Shown piece by piece: positions 37,144 through 47,149 of a DNA stretch of 48,254 nt. How positions within the stretch are numbered: the first letter of the stretch is position 1; each line of letters opens with the position of its first letter. Origin of the DNA: an uncultured Bacteroidales bacterium (GTDB lineage Bacteria > Bacteroidota > Bacteroidia > Bacteroidales > JALTDM01); assembly GCA_964393715.1 (NCBI GenBank), contig CAYMVE010000002.1:1-48254 (forward strand), read 5' to 3'. The notes beneath the pieces were generated by a model. That model saw only the letters and a list, made by a program, of their open reading frames with translations. It made no database searches and was not told the DNA's origin. Made by a program: the position numbers and the translations under genes.

Positions 37144-39321
37144 TTATTCTTTTACCAATGTCATTTCGTTTATCAGATTCTTGGCACCGGCAAATTTATC
37201 TATCACAAAAAGTATATACCTAATATCGGCTACAATAGTTCTTTGAAGTTCGGGCTCAAAAGCAATATCGCCGCTCATTGCTTCCCAATTACCGTCAAAC
37301 GCTGTACCAATCAGTTCGCCTTTACCATTGAGCACAGGGCTTCCCGAGTTACCGCCGGTAATATCGTTGGTGGTAAGGAAACATACATGCATTGTACCGT
37401 CTGCATCGGCATATTGACCGTAATCTTTCTTTTGGTACAATTCTTTCAGTTTGGCCGGTACTTCAAACTCCGGATTGTTAGGATCTTCTTTTTCCATTAT
37501 CCCTTTCAGGGTAGTAAAATAATTGTAATGAACAGCATCCCTGGGATAATAATCTTGAACCGTACCATAGGTCAAACGAATGGTAGAATTGGCATCGGGA
37601 TAAAACAGCTTGTCTTTTTGCATCTTCATAAGTCCGTCCACAAACAATCTTCTTGCTTTTCGGAAGATGTCGGGTTTTTGTCCGCCAAATCCGAAATAAA
37701 GTTTTATGATGTCTTCCGCTATTTGGAAAGCCGGGTCTTTTTCCAGTTTTTTCGAATCCGGATTTTCCAAAAATGCCAGAACTTTGGCTTTGTCAATAAA
37801 CATAGATTTTTTATAAAGCACTTTATCGGCATACTTTCTAAAATTGCCTTTGTATTTTTTCTTTATGGTTTTGAATACTTTGGGCTGGTATTGGTCCGGC
37901 AAGGTTTTCAGGTACATTTCACCAAGCGCTACGAATATATCTTTATCTACATTGACATCATAGTCTTTGTAGAATTTTTCCACTTCTTCCTTAAGTTTTT
38001 TTGTTTGCTCGTCTATAATAGCCTTGTTAAGTTCTTTGTTTGCCAGCAGTTTATCAAACTGGTAAAATTTAAGAGGGAACATCATAATTTCGGCACCTTG
38101 GAACAAGGCTTCGTACAGATAGGTTCTGGCCAAGTCTTTTTCTTTATTTTTTTCGTAAAACGAAGCAATAGTATCCAGCACCCATCCGTATTTTTTCTTT
38201 CTATCCGGATTTTGACTGGCCCATTCCATCAATTTCTTTTCGAGCTCTTGTTTCTTTTCAATTACATGAAGTCTTTTTATCCCTTTGTTTTGTCCGATAA
38301 AATATTTCCAATAGTTGGAGGTTTGAGCATATTTTGCCGCATATTTGATTTTAATAGCGTGGTCTGCATTCATATATTTTCTCATTATGGACAATTTTTT
38401 GTCCCTGATAGCAATGGTGGCGGGATTGGTTACTTCCAAGGCTTGTTTTACGCCAAAAGAAGTAAGATATCTTTCGGTACTTCCCGGATATCCCATAATC
38501 ATGGCAAAATCGTTTTTCTTAACTCCTTTCAAGGAGATAGGGAAATAATGTTTGGGTTTTAGAGGCACATTGTCTTTGGAATAAGTAGCCGGCTTTCCGT
38601 CTGGAGCCGTATAAATTCTAAACATCGAAAAGTCTCCGGTGTGACGGGGCCACATCCAGTTGTCGGTATCACCTCCGAATTTTCCGATGGATGAAGGCGG
38701 CGCTCCTACCAAACGAATGTCTTTGTAGGTAATATACACGAACAAAAAGTATTGATTGCCATCAAACATTTTTTTAACATGGGCAATGTAATCGGTGCCT
38801 TTTGTTGCTTCTTTAACCAGTTTCTGAGAAACCTTTTGTATTTCGGCATCCCTTTCGCTTTCGGTCATATCTTCTTTTACATTGGCCAACACTTTGGAGG
38901 TAACATCTTCCATTCTAACCAAATACGATATGGTCATTCCTTCGATAGGAATTTCATCTTCCATCTTGTATGCCCAAAATCCGTCTTTCAGATAGTCATG
39001 GTCAACGGTACTTTTGGATTGAATGGCTTCATACCCGCAGTGGTGATTCGTAAGCACCAATCCTTTGGGAGAAATAATTTCCGAAGAGCAGAAAAATCCG
39101 AATTTTCCGTATTCGGCATTTCCTAATGCACCTACCGCATCTTTGAGAGAAGAATGGTTAACACTATAAATATCTTCGGGCGTTAATTTAAAGCCTTCGG
39201 CTTTCATTTGTTCGTAGTTCTTTCCTATTAAGGAAAGCAACCACATTCCTTCATCAGCCTTTACCGTTTGAAGCAGAACGGCAAACACAAATGTTACCAG
39301 TAACAAACTTCTTTTTATCAT
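37144..39321 (-). CDS. S46-family dipeptidyl-peptidase (DPP7/DPP11-like)
   Basis: Signal peptide followed by DEGMWL, catalytic His in VLTNHHC, and catalytic Ser in TTNDITGGNSGSPV. Confidence 0.93.
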   Translation of the reverse strand: MIKRSLLLVTFVFAVLLQTVKADEGMWLLSLIGKNYEQMKAEGFKLTPEDIYSVNHSSLKDAVGALGNAEYGKFGFFCSSEIISPKGLVLTNHHCGYEAIQSKSTVDHDYLKDGFWAYKMEDEIPIEGMTISYLVRMEDVTSKVLANVKEDMTESERDAEIQKVSQKLVKEATKGTDYIAHVKKMFDGNQYFLFVYITYKDIRLVGAPPSSIGKFGGDTDNWMWPRHTGDFSMFRIYTAPDGKPATYSKDNVPLKPKHYFPISLKGVKKNDFAMIMGYPGSTERYLTSFGVKQALEVTNPATIAIRDKKLSIMRKYMNADHAIKIKYAAKYAQTSNYWKYFIGQNKGIKRLHVIEKKQELEKKLMEWASQNPDRKKKYGWVLDTIASFYEKNKEKDLARTYLYEALFQGAEIMMFPLKFYQFDKLLANKELNKAIIDEQTKKLKEEVEKFYKDYDVNVDKDIFVALGEMYLKTLPDQYQPKVFKTIKKKYKGNFRKYADKVLYKKSMFIDKAKVLAFLENPDSKKLEKDPAFQIAEDIIKLYFGFGGQKPDIFRKARRLFVDGLMKMQKDKLFYPDANSTIRLTYGTVQDYYPRDAVHYNYFTTLKGIMEKEDPNNPEFEVPAKLKELYQKKDYGQYADADGTMHVCFLTTNDITGGNSGSPVLNGKGELIGTAFDGNWEAMSGDIAFEPELQRTIVADIRYILFVIDKFAGAKNLINEMTLVKE

Positions 39322-39444
39322 AATTTTACTTTTTTATTTTTGCCGCCATAAAGGTAACGATTTTGTCGAAACGAAAAACTTTTATTAAAAGTTTAGTGAG
39401 AAAATATAGGACAGGAGGTCATAATTTTAACCGACAATTTCTAT

Positions 39445-40419
39445 TTACGGAACTTTTGCTTTTGTTAAGGTTCCTATATGTTCCCCCATTTTCACGGCAG
39501 TTTCGTATCCGGATTTCGTATTGTCAATCAAGTCTTTATCTATGGTTACCGTTCCTTTTCGGAAAAGTAAAACCACTGTGGAGCCTCCGAATTTGAACAT
39601 TCCCTTTTCTTCGCCCTTGCATACCACTTTGTCTTTGTAGGTTTGTATAATGGTTCCCACCATGGTAGCACCTACTTCGGCCATAATAAATTTGCCGGCA
39701 AAACGGTTTCTCATTACCGTGTATTCGCGTTTGTTTTGCGTCATGAGTTTTACTTTTTCACGCAGGGCAATAGGAGAAACGGAGTAATAAACTCCATTTA
39801 TTTTTTTATGATATAACACTTCGGCACTCAGAGGAAAATGGAAGCGATGATAATCGGTAGGACAAAGCCTTATAATATACATGGCGGCATTTTCAAATTG
39901 TTTGGCAAGGGATGAGTCTTGCAGAAAATCATACACATTAAACCGAACCCCCTTTATGATAAAATCCGAACGGGAAATGTTTTGGTAAGCCAATACCTTG
40001 CCATCAGCAGGCGATATTACCGCGATTATTGAAGTATCAATAGGTCTGGCAGAGGGTTTGAGCTTCCTTGTAAAAAAGTCGTTGAAAGTTTTGAAATTGG
40101 TATCTGCAACTTCGCTCATGTCTATTCCGAATTCTTTTATAAAAGGCTTTATTTTTTCGGCAGAGGAAGGTTTGTCCATTTGTTTGCCATACCATTCCGA
40201 TACGAATTTTCGTTTCACAAGTGCTTCCAAAGCCATTTCTCCCGTAGGATTGCCGTACAACCACCGCAACCAGAATTCACCTGCTATTTTCTCGGTATCC
40301 AAGCGGTGACTATACCGTTCAAAATATACTACAGGTTGTGTTCCCACAGGAGCAAATACGCCTACCAATACCAACACCAAAAAAAGAGACAAAAAACCGT
40401 ATGTTAATTTTTTCCACAC
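39445..40419 (-). CDS. psd: Phosphatidylserine decarboxylase proenzyme
   Basis: Self-cleavage motif FKFGGSTVVLLF (G-S-T). N-terminal TM segment. GTG start 12 nt after the yicC stop. Confidence 0.88.
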   Translation of the reverse strand: MWKKLTYGFLSLFLVLVLVGVFAPVGTQPVVYFERYSHRLDTEKIAGEFWLRWLYGNPTGEMALEALVKRKFVSEWYGKQMDKPSSAEKIKPFIKEFGIDMSEVADTNFKTFNDFFTRKLKPSARPIDTSIIAVISPADGKVLAYQNISRSDFIIKGVRFNVYDFLQDSSLAKQFENAAMYIIRLCPTDYHRFHFPLSAEVLYHKKINGVYYSVSPIALREKVKLMTQNKREYTVMRNRFAGKFIMAEVGATMVGTIIQTYKDKVVCKGEEKGMFKFGGSTVVLLFRKGTVTIDKDLIDNTKSGYETAVKMGEHIGTLTKAKVP

Positions 40420-40431
40420 AATCTTGCTTTT

Positions 40432-41304
40432 TTACAAAATATTTGCCAATTGTTCTTTGATGCGTTCCAAATGGTCTTTCATTATTACCACCCTTTTTTG
40501 TATCTTTTCATGAGCGGATTTTACGCCCAGCGTATTAATTTCCCGTCCGATTTCCTGTGCAATAAAAGTTAATTTTTTCCCTTTTACGGAAGCTTCGGAA
40601 TTGGCAATTTCCCTAAAATAATTGATATGGGTACGCAACCGCGTTTTTTCTTCGGAGATGTCTATTTTTTCAATGTAATAAATCAATTCCTGCTCAAATC
40701 GTTCTCTATCGTAGTTAAGTTGAAGCTCCGACAGGTGTTTTTCGATTTTTTCTCTTATTTTGGCAATCCGTTCGGATTCATATTTTTCCACTTCGGCAAG
40801 CAAAGATTCTATGGCGTCCAAATCTTTGCATATCTGTTTTTTCAAAGTTTCTCCTTCTTTTTGTCTGTATTGTGCCAGTTTTTGGGCCGTTTCCACAATA
40901 GTAGTGTTCAATTGATTCCACTCTTCGTCGTCCAATTCGTTTTTTTCCCGTTTGTAAACATTCGGTAATGAAAGCACCGACCGGAATACCTCTTCATTGA
41001 AAGTCAATTTATGCTTGTTTAAGATGGACGAAAGGTTGTTTATGTATGTATTTATCACTTCTTCGTTAAAAATCACATCGGTATAAGTATCCGCCAAATC
41101 CACGGATATATAACATTCTATTTTACCGCGTTGTAAAATGTCTGCAATGATTTTGCGTATTTCAATCTCTTTCTCCCTGTAATATTGAGGAGCCCGTACC
41201 GAAATATCGGTATTTTTACTGTTCAAAGATTTTAGTTCAACGGTTATTTGTTTTTCGGGAAGTTCCAACACCGTTTTGGCATAGCCTGTCATTGAAAAAA
41301 ACAT
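40432..41304 (-). CDS. yicC: YicC/YloC-family stress-induced endoribonuclease
   Basis: N-terminus SMTGYA, and C-terminus EIGREINTLGVKS ... VVIMKDHLERIKEQLANI, typical of the YicC N- and C-domains. Confidence 0.9.
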   Translation of the reverse strand: MFFSMTGYAKTVLELPEKQITVELKSLNSKNTDISVRAPQYYREKEIEIRKIIADILQRGKIECYISVDLADTYTDVIFNEEVINTYINNLSSILNKHKLTFNEEVFRSVLSLPNVYKREKNELDDEEWNQLNTTIVETAQKLAQYRQKEGETLKKQICKDLDAIESLLAEVEKYESERIAKIREKIEKHLSELQLNYDRERFEQELIYYIEKIDISEEKTRLRTHINYFREIANSEASVKGKKLTFIAQEIGREINTLGVKSAHEKIQKRVVIMKDHLERIKEQLANIL

Positions 41305-41331
41305 GGTGATTGTCCTTTTTTATCTCCGTTG

Positions 41332-41339
41332 CAAAGATA
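41332..41339 (-). promoter_or_regulatory. Candidate -7 box (TATCTTTG on the minus strand) for yicC-psd
   Basis: Exact TAnnTTTG, 27 nt upstream of the ATG at 41304. Confidence 0.4.
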
Positions 41340-41386
41340 AGCGTTTAGTTCACATAAACGGCTTAAAGCCGGAAAGATGCAAAAAA

Positions 41387-41866
41387 TTATTGTGTTTGTT
41401 GCACCAACATGGTCACATTAAGGGATTCTTTCCGTCCCGGCCGTACTTGCACAATGGATATGCGTTCGTAATACCGGTTGTTTATAGTGGCGTTTGCCCA
41501 CACATAGTAATTGCCGTAATTTATATACCCAAAATATGCCACATTGTTATCCGATGCCGTACTGAGACGATATATTGCCAAATCGTTGGTGGAATTGTTC
41601 CTATCTATCAGGATGTCGTCATAACTGGCATATAAATATACTACAGTGGCATAAGCCGGTACCTGATGATTGTTGTCGTCCAAATAATAGGTATAAACCG
41701 TAAGTTCTCCGGTAAGGCCGGAGGTATCTTCGGTTACTACTTCCTGAGGAGGTAGTTGTTGTTCTTCGTCGTCGTTCTTTTTACATGCCGTAAAAAGAAC
41801 GAAAAGCACAAAAGGCAGGAGCACACCCACCTTTATAGAAAACGATTTGCTATGATGTATGTTCAT
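41387..41866 (-). CDS. Small lipoprotein of unknown function (beta-sandwich-like)
   Basis: Lipobox LFTAC. 159 aa. Its start overlaps the upstream sensor gene by 17 nt. Confidence 0.6.
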   Translation of the reverse strand: MNIHHSKSFSIKVGVLLPFVLFVLFTACKKNDDEEQQLPPQEVVTEDTSGLTGELTVYTYYLDDNNHQVPAYATVVYLYASYDDILIDRNNSTNDLAIYRLSTASDNNVAYFGYINYGNYYVWANATINNRYYERISIVQVRPGRKESLNVTMLVQQTQ

Positions 41867-43775
41867 GATACTCCTGTGTTATTTCAAATCCTATTATGAA
41901 TAAAGAATCCGTTTCTTCTTTGTAATAAAAAGACATATAGGTATATATGATATCTCCAGCGTGGTTTTTCAGGGGAACGACACCTTTATACAGTCTGTTT
42001 TCGAAAGCCTTTGATACGGCTTTTTGAAAATCTTGATTTGCCGTGTCTATGATTGATATAGACCGGTACATAAGTTCGTCTCTGGTATAACCGAGTATTT
42101 TCAAAAAATTGTCGTTGATAAGATCGAATGTATGGTCCGTGGAAACTTCCAGCCTTATCATCAATACATCTATGGTATCAAGCAGTTTTGTTATTTCACG
42201 CTCTCTTCTGGATGCTTCTTCTTGCGTAGCTTGCAATTCTTCCAGATTTTGCCGCATTTCTTCCTCTTGGGTAGCCAGTTCTTCCGCTTGTTGCTTGGAT
42301 TGTTCAAGCAATTCTTTGGTTTTTATGTTTACCCTTACATTATTGATAACCGAGGCTATATTTTCAGCCACTTTCTCGATAAACTCAACTTTATATGGCT
42401 CAAACACATCGAAAGAAGCCAGTTCTATCACACCGAAAATATTATCTTCCAATTTTAGTGGTACCAGCAATATGTTTCGCGGGTTGGCTTCTCCCAAACC
42501 GGAGGTAATGGTCAGATACTCATTGGGCACATCCGTCAAAAAGATTTTTTCTTTTTCTATGGCACAGGTTCCGACCAGTCCTTCGCCGAGCTTTACGGTT
42601 TTTTGCATAAACTTTTTCCGGTTGTAGGCATAAGCCGACAGCAGATACAGTTCTCGATTATCTTCGTCGTATATGAAGAGTCCCCCCTGAATGGCTCCTA
42701 CATAATGTACCAGATTTTGCAGAATTGCATCGCCCAATTTTTCCAAGTTATCATTATTTTGACGAAGTATTTCGGAAAATTGGGCCAATCCGGTTGCAAT
42801 CCAGTTTCTTTGTGCATCTTCTTGTTTTCGTTTGCCTTCTTCTTCTTTTGCTTTTTTCAGATTGTCACGCATGGTCAGCAATGATTTGCCCAACTCGTCT
42901 TTTTCACTCAACGGGGTAAAATCCGTATCCAAATTACCTTGTCCTATTTGGTGGGAAAATTCGGTGATTTTGTGCAAAGCCCCCAATAACTTATCGTATG
43001 ATTTAAACAGAATTCCAATCTCGTTATCTTTCTTTTCGTCTTCCGGTATTTCAATGTTAAAATCTCCTTCATTCATTCTGGAAATAAACAATGTGAGTTT
43101 TTTCAAAGGTTTGAATATCAATAAATGCAATAAAATTACCACTAACGAAAACAACAATATAAACGAAGGTACCTCAATATAAATTTGTTTGTATATATCT
43201 TGCTTCTGTTCTTCTTCATAACGCTCGAGTAATCCTTGTATGTTTTTATCATCTTTTATTACTCCTATAACAACTCCTATATCTTTCAGATACTTGGCAG
43301 AAACAATGTAAGAAAACTGATCCTCTTGGTTTTTTATTACTTCTTGCTCACTCACCTTGATTCTTGCCATGGAAATCATTTCCGGCACAAAATGAAAATG
43401 CTTGTTATAGCGAGAATCCAAATTGAGCAACGCATCATTGTTGGCAAAAATAATATCGTCGTCTTTTGCTACAAATACGGTAGCAAAGTCCACAGGATAT
43501 TTCTCCACAAAACCAAAAGATTTTTCCAATTTTTCTTTGTCGGACAATAAAGTGTCGTTTTCCACATTTTTATAGAAATCCCGTCCGGCCATAACAACTA
43601 TTTCATCCAAAGAAGTAATGAAATCCTTGTTTATTCCCATAAAATCGTTGTAACGGCTTTCCAAACTTTCCTGCAGACCGGCAAAATCCATATAAATAAA
43701 GAACAAGGTACCTGCCACGATAATAAATACATACACCAAGGTAAACCTGAAAAGAATACTATTCCGAAGCTTCAT
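41850..43775 (-). CDS. Membrane sensor: TM, periplasmic Cache-like domain, TM, tandem HAMP, GAF, coiled coil, PAS; no recognisable output domain
   Basis: Two TM segments (aa 8-27 and 203-221). HAMP signatures DNEIGILFKSYDKL and KDELGKSLLTMRDNL. GAF core LVPLKLEDNIFGVIELASF. Heptad-rich EEL/EEM linker. C-terminal PAS-like region of about 105 aa. No H-box, HATPase, GGDEF, EAL or PP2C motifs seen. Confidence 0.8.
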   Translation of the reverse strand: MKLRNSILFRFTLVYVFIIVAGTLFFIYMDFAGLQESLESRYNDFMGINKDFITSLDEIVVMAGRDFYKNVENDTLLSDKEKLEKSFGFVEKYPVDFATVFVAKDDDIIFANNDALLNLDSRYNKHFHFVPEMISMARIKVSEQEVIKNQEDQFSYIVSAKYLKDIGVVIGVIKDDKNIQGLLERYEEEQKQDIYKQIYIEVPSFILLFSLVVILLHLLIFKPLKKLTLFISRMNEGDFNIEIPEDEKKDNEIGILFKSYDKLLGALHKITEFSHQIGQGNLDTDFTPLSEKDELGKSLLTMRDNLKKAKEEEGKRKQEDAQRNWIATGLAQFSEILRQNNDNLEKLGDAILQNLVHYVGAIQGGLFIYDEDNRELYLLSAYAYNRKKFMQKTVKLGEGLVGTCAIEKEKIFLTDVPNEYLTITSGLGEANPRNILLVPLKLEDNIFGVIELASFDVFEPYKVEFIEKVAENIASVINNVRVNIKTKELLEQSKQQAEELATQEEEMRQNLEELQATQEEASRREREITKLLDTIDVLMIRLEVSTDHTFDLINDNFLKILGYTRDELMYRSISIIDTANQDFQKAVSKAFENRLYKGVVPLKNHAGDIIYTYMSFYYKEETDSLFIIGFEITQEYHEHTS

Positions 43776-43793
43776 AATGCAAAAAGTTTGTTA

Positions 43794-43801
43794 CAAAGAT
43801 A
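43794..43801 (-). promoter_or_regulatory. Candidate -7 box (TATCTTTG on the minus strand) for the sensor gene
   Basis: Exact TAnnTTTG, 18 nt upstream of the ATG at 43775. Confidence 0.45.
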
Positions 43802-43892
43802 CATTTTTTTCGTTTATTGCTAAAAATCAAAACATTTTATTAGCCCCAATATCATCCGGGTAATTTTATCTCTCCCATCCCGAAACTATAAA

Positions 43893-46292
43893 CTAATAGA
43901 CTCCGTACTTCACCGACAAATAAATACTTCTCGGAAATTGAGGGCCATATACATAACCTGCATCCCTATAAGCCCCTTTGTCGAAATCGGACTGGTAAGC
44001 ATTCAAAATATTTTTCACTGCCAACGAAAATTCCAAGAAACCGGTTCCTTTCAGTTTTATTTCATAAGCGATTTTTGCTCCCAAGTCAAAGAAGTGTCCG
44101 GTTTTTACCAGCCTGTCTTCTCCGACAATATCTCCATTCGCTATAGCTTCTCTTATAGCATCCGCTTCTTCCGGTGTAAGGCCTGGAGCATTGGGGTCGG
44201 TACCTAAATGGAGGGTATACATCGGGCCTGTCCAAGTACCGGACAAAGAAAGGTTTAAACGGTCTTTTACAGTATAGGTCGAGGTAAAATATCCGTATAA
44301 AGACGGCGCTCTCAACATAAATCTGGTTGACTGCTCCGGTGTATTTCCCCATTGTTCCGGTTGGTTGTACAAAGATTGTTGCCAAGTGACACCAGCCTGA
44401 AATCTAAGATTGTACAAGGGCATTAAAAAACATTCTGCGTTTATTCCCCTTACAAATGCTCCGTTAGTAGCATTATACCTTTCATAAATCATATTCCCGG
44501 CAGTATCCAAACTAATTATTTTGGTAGCAAACGGATTGTGCAATACCGTATAAAATCCCTCTACGGTAAATTTATAATTCACAAAGCCTTTTATCCCGCT
44601 TATTTCGGCAGACAAAGTATAACTATCGGAGGTTTCTTCGGTTAAACCGGACGCATTGACATGATATATCCTTTTGGCTCCCGATGACTCCACATGCAAA
44701 TCTTCATCAAAAACTTGCGGAGAACGGTACCCCATCGCGTATCCGGCACGTATTTGCAAACTGTCATTCGGAATATACATGGCCGTCAACCTAGGCAACA
44801 AAATGTTGCCGTCTATATTGCCCGAACCGTCTATCTTATCCGTTACCTCGTAAGCATCGAAACGCAATCCGGTAGAAAACTTAAAATTCCCGGTCTTTAA
44901 TTCGTCTTGCACAAAAATACCGTTTGTAATTTTTTCCTGTTTCGTAAGATTGATATTTAGACCTTCTACTTGTGCCAATTTGCTATCTATCAAGTTGTCA
45001 TAAATATTATCGATACCACTTACCAATTTGTGATTTTCGGAAAAATGGAAAAAATATTGCAATCCGGAATTAGCGGTAAAATTGTCGGTTTTCCCGTAAG
45101 CATTGGGATCCTTATTGGCACCGTAATATGAATTCCTATGAATATTCTGAAAAGAAAAGAATACGGACAATTTATCCTCTTTTTCCCGGTTTGTAAAAAT
45201 ATCCGCTGTTATATCGCCTGCATTAATATAGTGTTCCGTTTGTTCGGTAATATCGGTTCGATGCGGCAACAAATCAAATTTATTGCCCCCGCGGCGAAAA
45301 TCATGCAAAACCCGGTAATTGGCTTCCAACTTTGTACGGGTATTTATTTTGTAATAAGTGCCTAAACCGAATAAGGTATTTTTCAAAAGGGGCATTTCGG
45401 AAAATCCGTCTCCATTTGCATCAAAATAACCGCGTTTTCTCGTACTGCCATAAGCCACAAATCCGGTATTGTGAGTTTTGCCCACATTGGCCACATTAAA
45501 TCCGGTATTCAAATCCGGAGCAGGAGACTTATATCCCCAACCAATCAAGCCGTAGGAAGTGTTTACCTCGAAAGTATTTCTTACCGGTTCTTTGGTAATA
45601 ATGTTTATGGTACCTCCTATAGCATTGCTTCCAAACAGAGCCGAACCGCCACCCCGTACCACTTCAATCCGATCTATTATGGAAGCCGGGATTTGCTCCA
45701 ATCCGTAAACACCTGCCAAACCGCTAAATACATTTTTGCTGTTTATTAATATTTGCGTATAAGGCCCGGGCAACCCGTTCATCCTCACTTGTGTAAAACC
45801 GCAATTTTGGCAATCGTTTTCCACTCTCAATCCCGGAGTAAAATTGATCCCTTCGGCCAGTGTATTACTATTGGTATTTTCAAATATTTTGGGTGACAAA
45901 ATATTAATCATGACCGGAGCATCCTTGCGATTGATTTCCGTCCTGTCGGCACTAACCACCACCTCGTTCAGCAAAAACTTATTCCGTTTCAAAACAAAAT
46001 AAACTTCCGTAGAAGCGTTAGGCTTCATTTCTACTGTTTTTTCTTCCGGTTTGTACCCCATTGCTTCTGCCACTATCACCACTTTCCCTATCGGTAAATC
46101 TGACAATGCAAAATGTCCCGACTCGTCGGCAACCGTACCGATATTAGTACCTTTAACCAATATGTGGGCAAAAGGGATGTGTTCGCCACGCTCATCTTTT
46201 ACATCGCCAAAAAGCATGGCATCTGTCTTTTGAGAAAAAACATTAATGCCGAAACCTATTATTAATGTGACCACAAAACACAATCTTTTCAT
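43893..46292 (-). CDS. TonB-dependent outer-membrane receptor with an N-terminal carboxypeptidase-regulatory-like domain
   Basis: Signal peptide, then a GDVKDERGEHIPFAHILVKGTNIGTVADESGHF beta-sandwich, plug motifs (IEVVRGGGSALFGSNAIGGTINI) and a C-terminal aromatic residue. No SusD-like partner is adjacent. ATG at 46292. Confidence 0.9.
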   Translation of the reverse strand: MKRLCFVVTLIIGFGINVFSQKTDAMLFGDVKDERGEHIPFAHILVKGTNIGTVADESGHFALSDLPIGKVVIVAEAMGYKPEEKTVEMKPNASTEVYFVLKRNKFLLNEVVVSADRTEINRKDAPVMINILSPKIFENTNSNTLAEGINFTPGLRVENDCQNCGFTQVRMNGLPGPYTQILINSKNVFSGLAGVYGLEQIPASIIDRIEVVRGGGSALFGSNAIGGTINIITKEPVRNTFEVNTSYGLIGWGYKSPAPDLNTGFNVANVGKTHNTGFVAYGSTRKRGYFDANGDGFSEMPLLKNTLFGLGTYYKINTRTKLEANYRVLHDFRRGGNKFDLLPHRTDITEQTEHYINAGDITADIFTNREKEDKLSVFFSFQNIHRNSYYGANKDPNAYGKTDNFTANSGLQYFFHFSENHKLVSGIDNIYDNLIDSKLAQVEGLNINLTKQEKITNGIFVQDELKTGNFKFSTGLRFDAYEVTDKIDGSGNIDGNILLPRLTAMYIPNDSLQIRAGYAMGYRSPQVFDEDLHVESSGAKRIYHVNASGLTEETSDSYTLSAEISGIKGFVNYKFTVEGFYTVLHNPFATKIISLDTAGNMIYERYNATNGAFVRGINAECFLMPLYNLRFQAGVTWQQSLYNQPEQWGNTPEQSTRFMLRAPSLYGYFTSTYTVKDRLNLSLSGTWTGPMYTLHLGTDPNAPGLTPEEADAIREAIANGDIVGEDRLVKTGHFFDLGAKIAYEIKLKGTGFLEFSLAVKNILNAYQSDFDKGAYRDAGYVYGPQFPRSIYLSVKYGVY

Positions 46293-46308
46293 CTGCTTTT
46301 TTTGGGGG

Positions 46309-46316
46309 CAAAAATA
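46309..46316 (-). promoter_or_regulatory. Candidate -7 box (TATTTTTG on the minus strand) for the TonB-dependent receptor
   Basis: Exact TAnnTTTG, 16 nt upstream of the ATG at 46292. It lies inside the longer ORF-track extension. Confidence 0.45.
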
Positions 46317-46567
46317 TGAATCGTGCTTTTCTTTTATCATCACTATTTTGGGGTATATTAAACCAATATGACCCAAATATTTTTCAAACTAAAAAACAAT
46401 CTTTTGACTTATCCTCATGTAGAAAGGGAACGAAAATATTGTTTGAAAGCATTTTCCTTATCGCTACAAAGATAAATAGATGATGCGAGAAAAACGTGTT
46501 GATTATTTAGGCTGCTATTAGCCTTTCAGCTGATTTGGTTTGTGAGAAGGAGGGGTTTAAGCGCCTC

Positions 46568-47125
46568 TTAGTCCCAAGAGAAAAGTATTATGGAATGTTG
46601 ATCTCCATTAGTTATAGATTTTTCGATAGTGTAAGATACATTTTTAGCATGTGCCAATTCCAATGCTCGTCTGCTGTAAGCACAAATTCTGTGTTCCAAC
46701 ATTTTGTTTAGTTTCGGGAACCGTAAAATGCGTAATCGAAACCAATTTGGGCCTTCCTCCATAGCTTCTGCTTCCGCTTCATTATAGAAAGTTTTCATCA
46801 GTCGGGATGACTTTCGCAATATATATTTGGGAGTTGCAACCAACAAAAAAACCTTATACACTCCGGTGAGCGTAACACTGGCACTGTATTCTCCAATTTC
46901 TCTTGCAAAAGCTATCGGATCAGAAGCATTTACAACATGCGCAAAAAATGCCATAGGATCCAGGTAGAATCGTTGTATTTCATACCACTCTCTAATATCT
47001 ATATCTCCGGAATAAATTTTTTTGACATCATTGTCTAACATTTTTAAAAAATCCGAATAATAATCGCCATATTTTTCTCTAAAAAAAATAATATTAGAAC
47101 GAATAGCTACACCTTTTACTTCCAT
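46568..47125 (-). CDS. DUF2378 (TIGR02265)-like / H-NOX-fold-like small soluble protein, function unknown
   Basis: 185 aa. Starts M-x-VKG-x-I like HNOB/DUF2378 proteins and ends ...HSIILFSWD. No YxSxR heme-pocket motif seen. The family call is by eye only. Confidence 0.55.
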   Translation of the reverse strand: MEVKGVAIRSNIIFFREKYGDYYSDFLKMLDNDVKKIYSGDIDIREWYEIQRFYLDPMAFFAHVVNASDPIAFAREIGEYSASVTLTGVYKVFLLVATPKYILRKSSRLMKTFYNEAEAEAMEEGPNWFRLRILRFPKLNKMLEHRICAYSRRALELAHAKNVSYTIEKSITNGDQHSIILFSWD

Positions 47126-47141
47126 CGTCTTATATTTTTTA

Positions 47142-47149
47142 CAAAAATA
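47142..47149 (-). promoter_or_regulatory. Candidate -7 box (TATTTTTG on the minus strand) for the DUF2378-like gene
   Basis: Exact TAnnTTTG, 16 nt upstream of the ATG at 47125. Confidence 0.4.

Noticed and set aside
37243-38562. A 439-aa ORF on the plus strand, antisense to the S46 peptidase gene.
   Set aside because: It lies entirely inside a confidently identified gene on the other strand. Its product is low-complexity and Phe/Ile/Leu/Lys-rich, with no motifs. This is the usual stop-free antisense frame of an AT-rich gene with biased codon usage. The same reasoning applies to 22163-22891 (antisense to pruA), 31512-32222 and 29812-30369 (antisense to dnaE), 11158-11796 (antisense to gcvP) and 35356-35895 (antisense to ftcD).
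46293-46567. A cobalamin, TPP or other riboswitch, or a small RNA, in the 275-nt region upstream of the TonB-dependent receptor.
   Set aside because: I could find no B12-box or TPP-type conserved segment on the minus strand. There are only short hairpins (AGGCT-gctatt-AGCCT at about 46509-46524 and GGGTATATT/AATATgACCC at 46351-46374). The best promoter box sits only 16 nt from the ATG, so most of the region would not be in the leader. A covariance-model scan would settle this.
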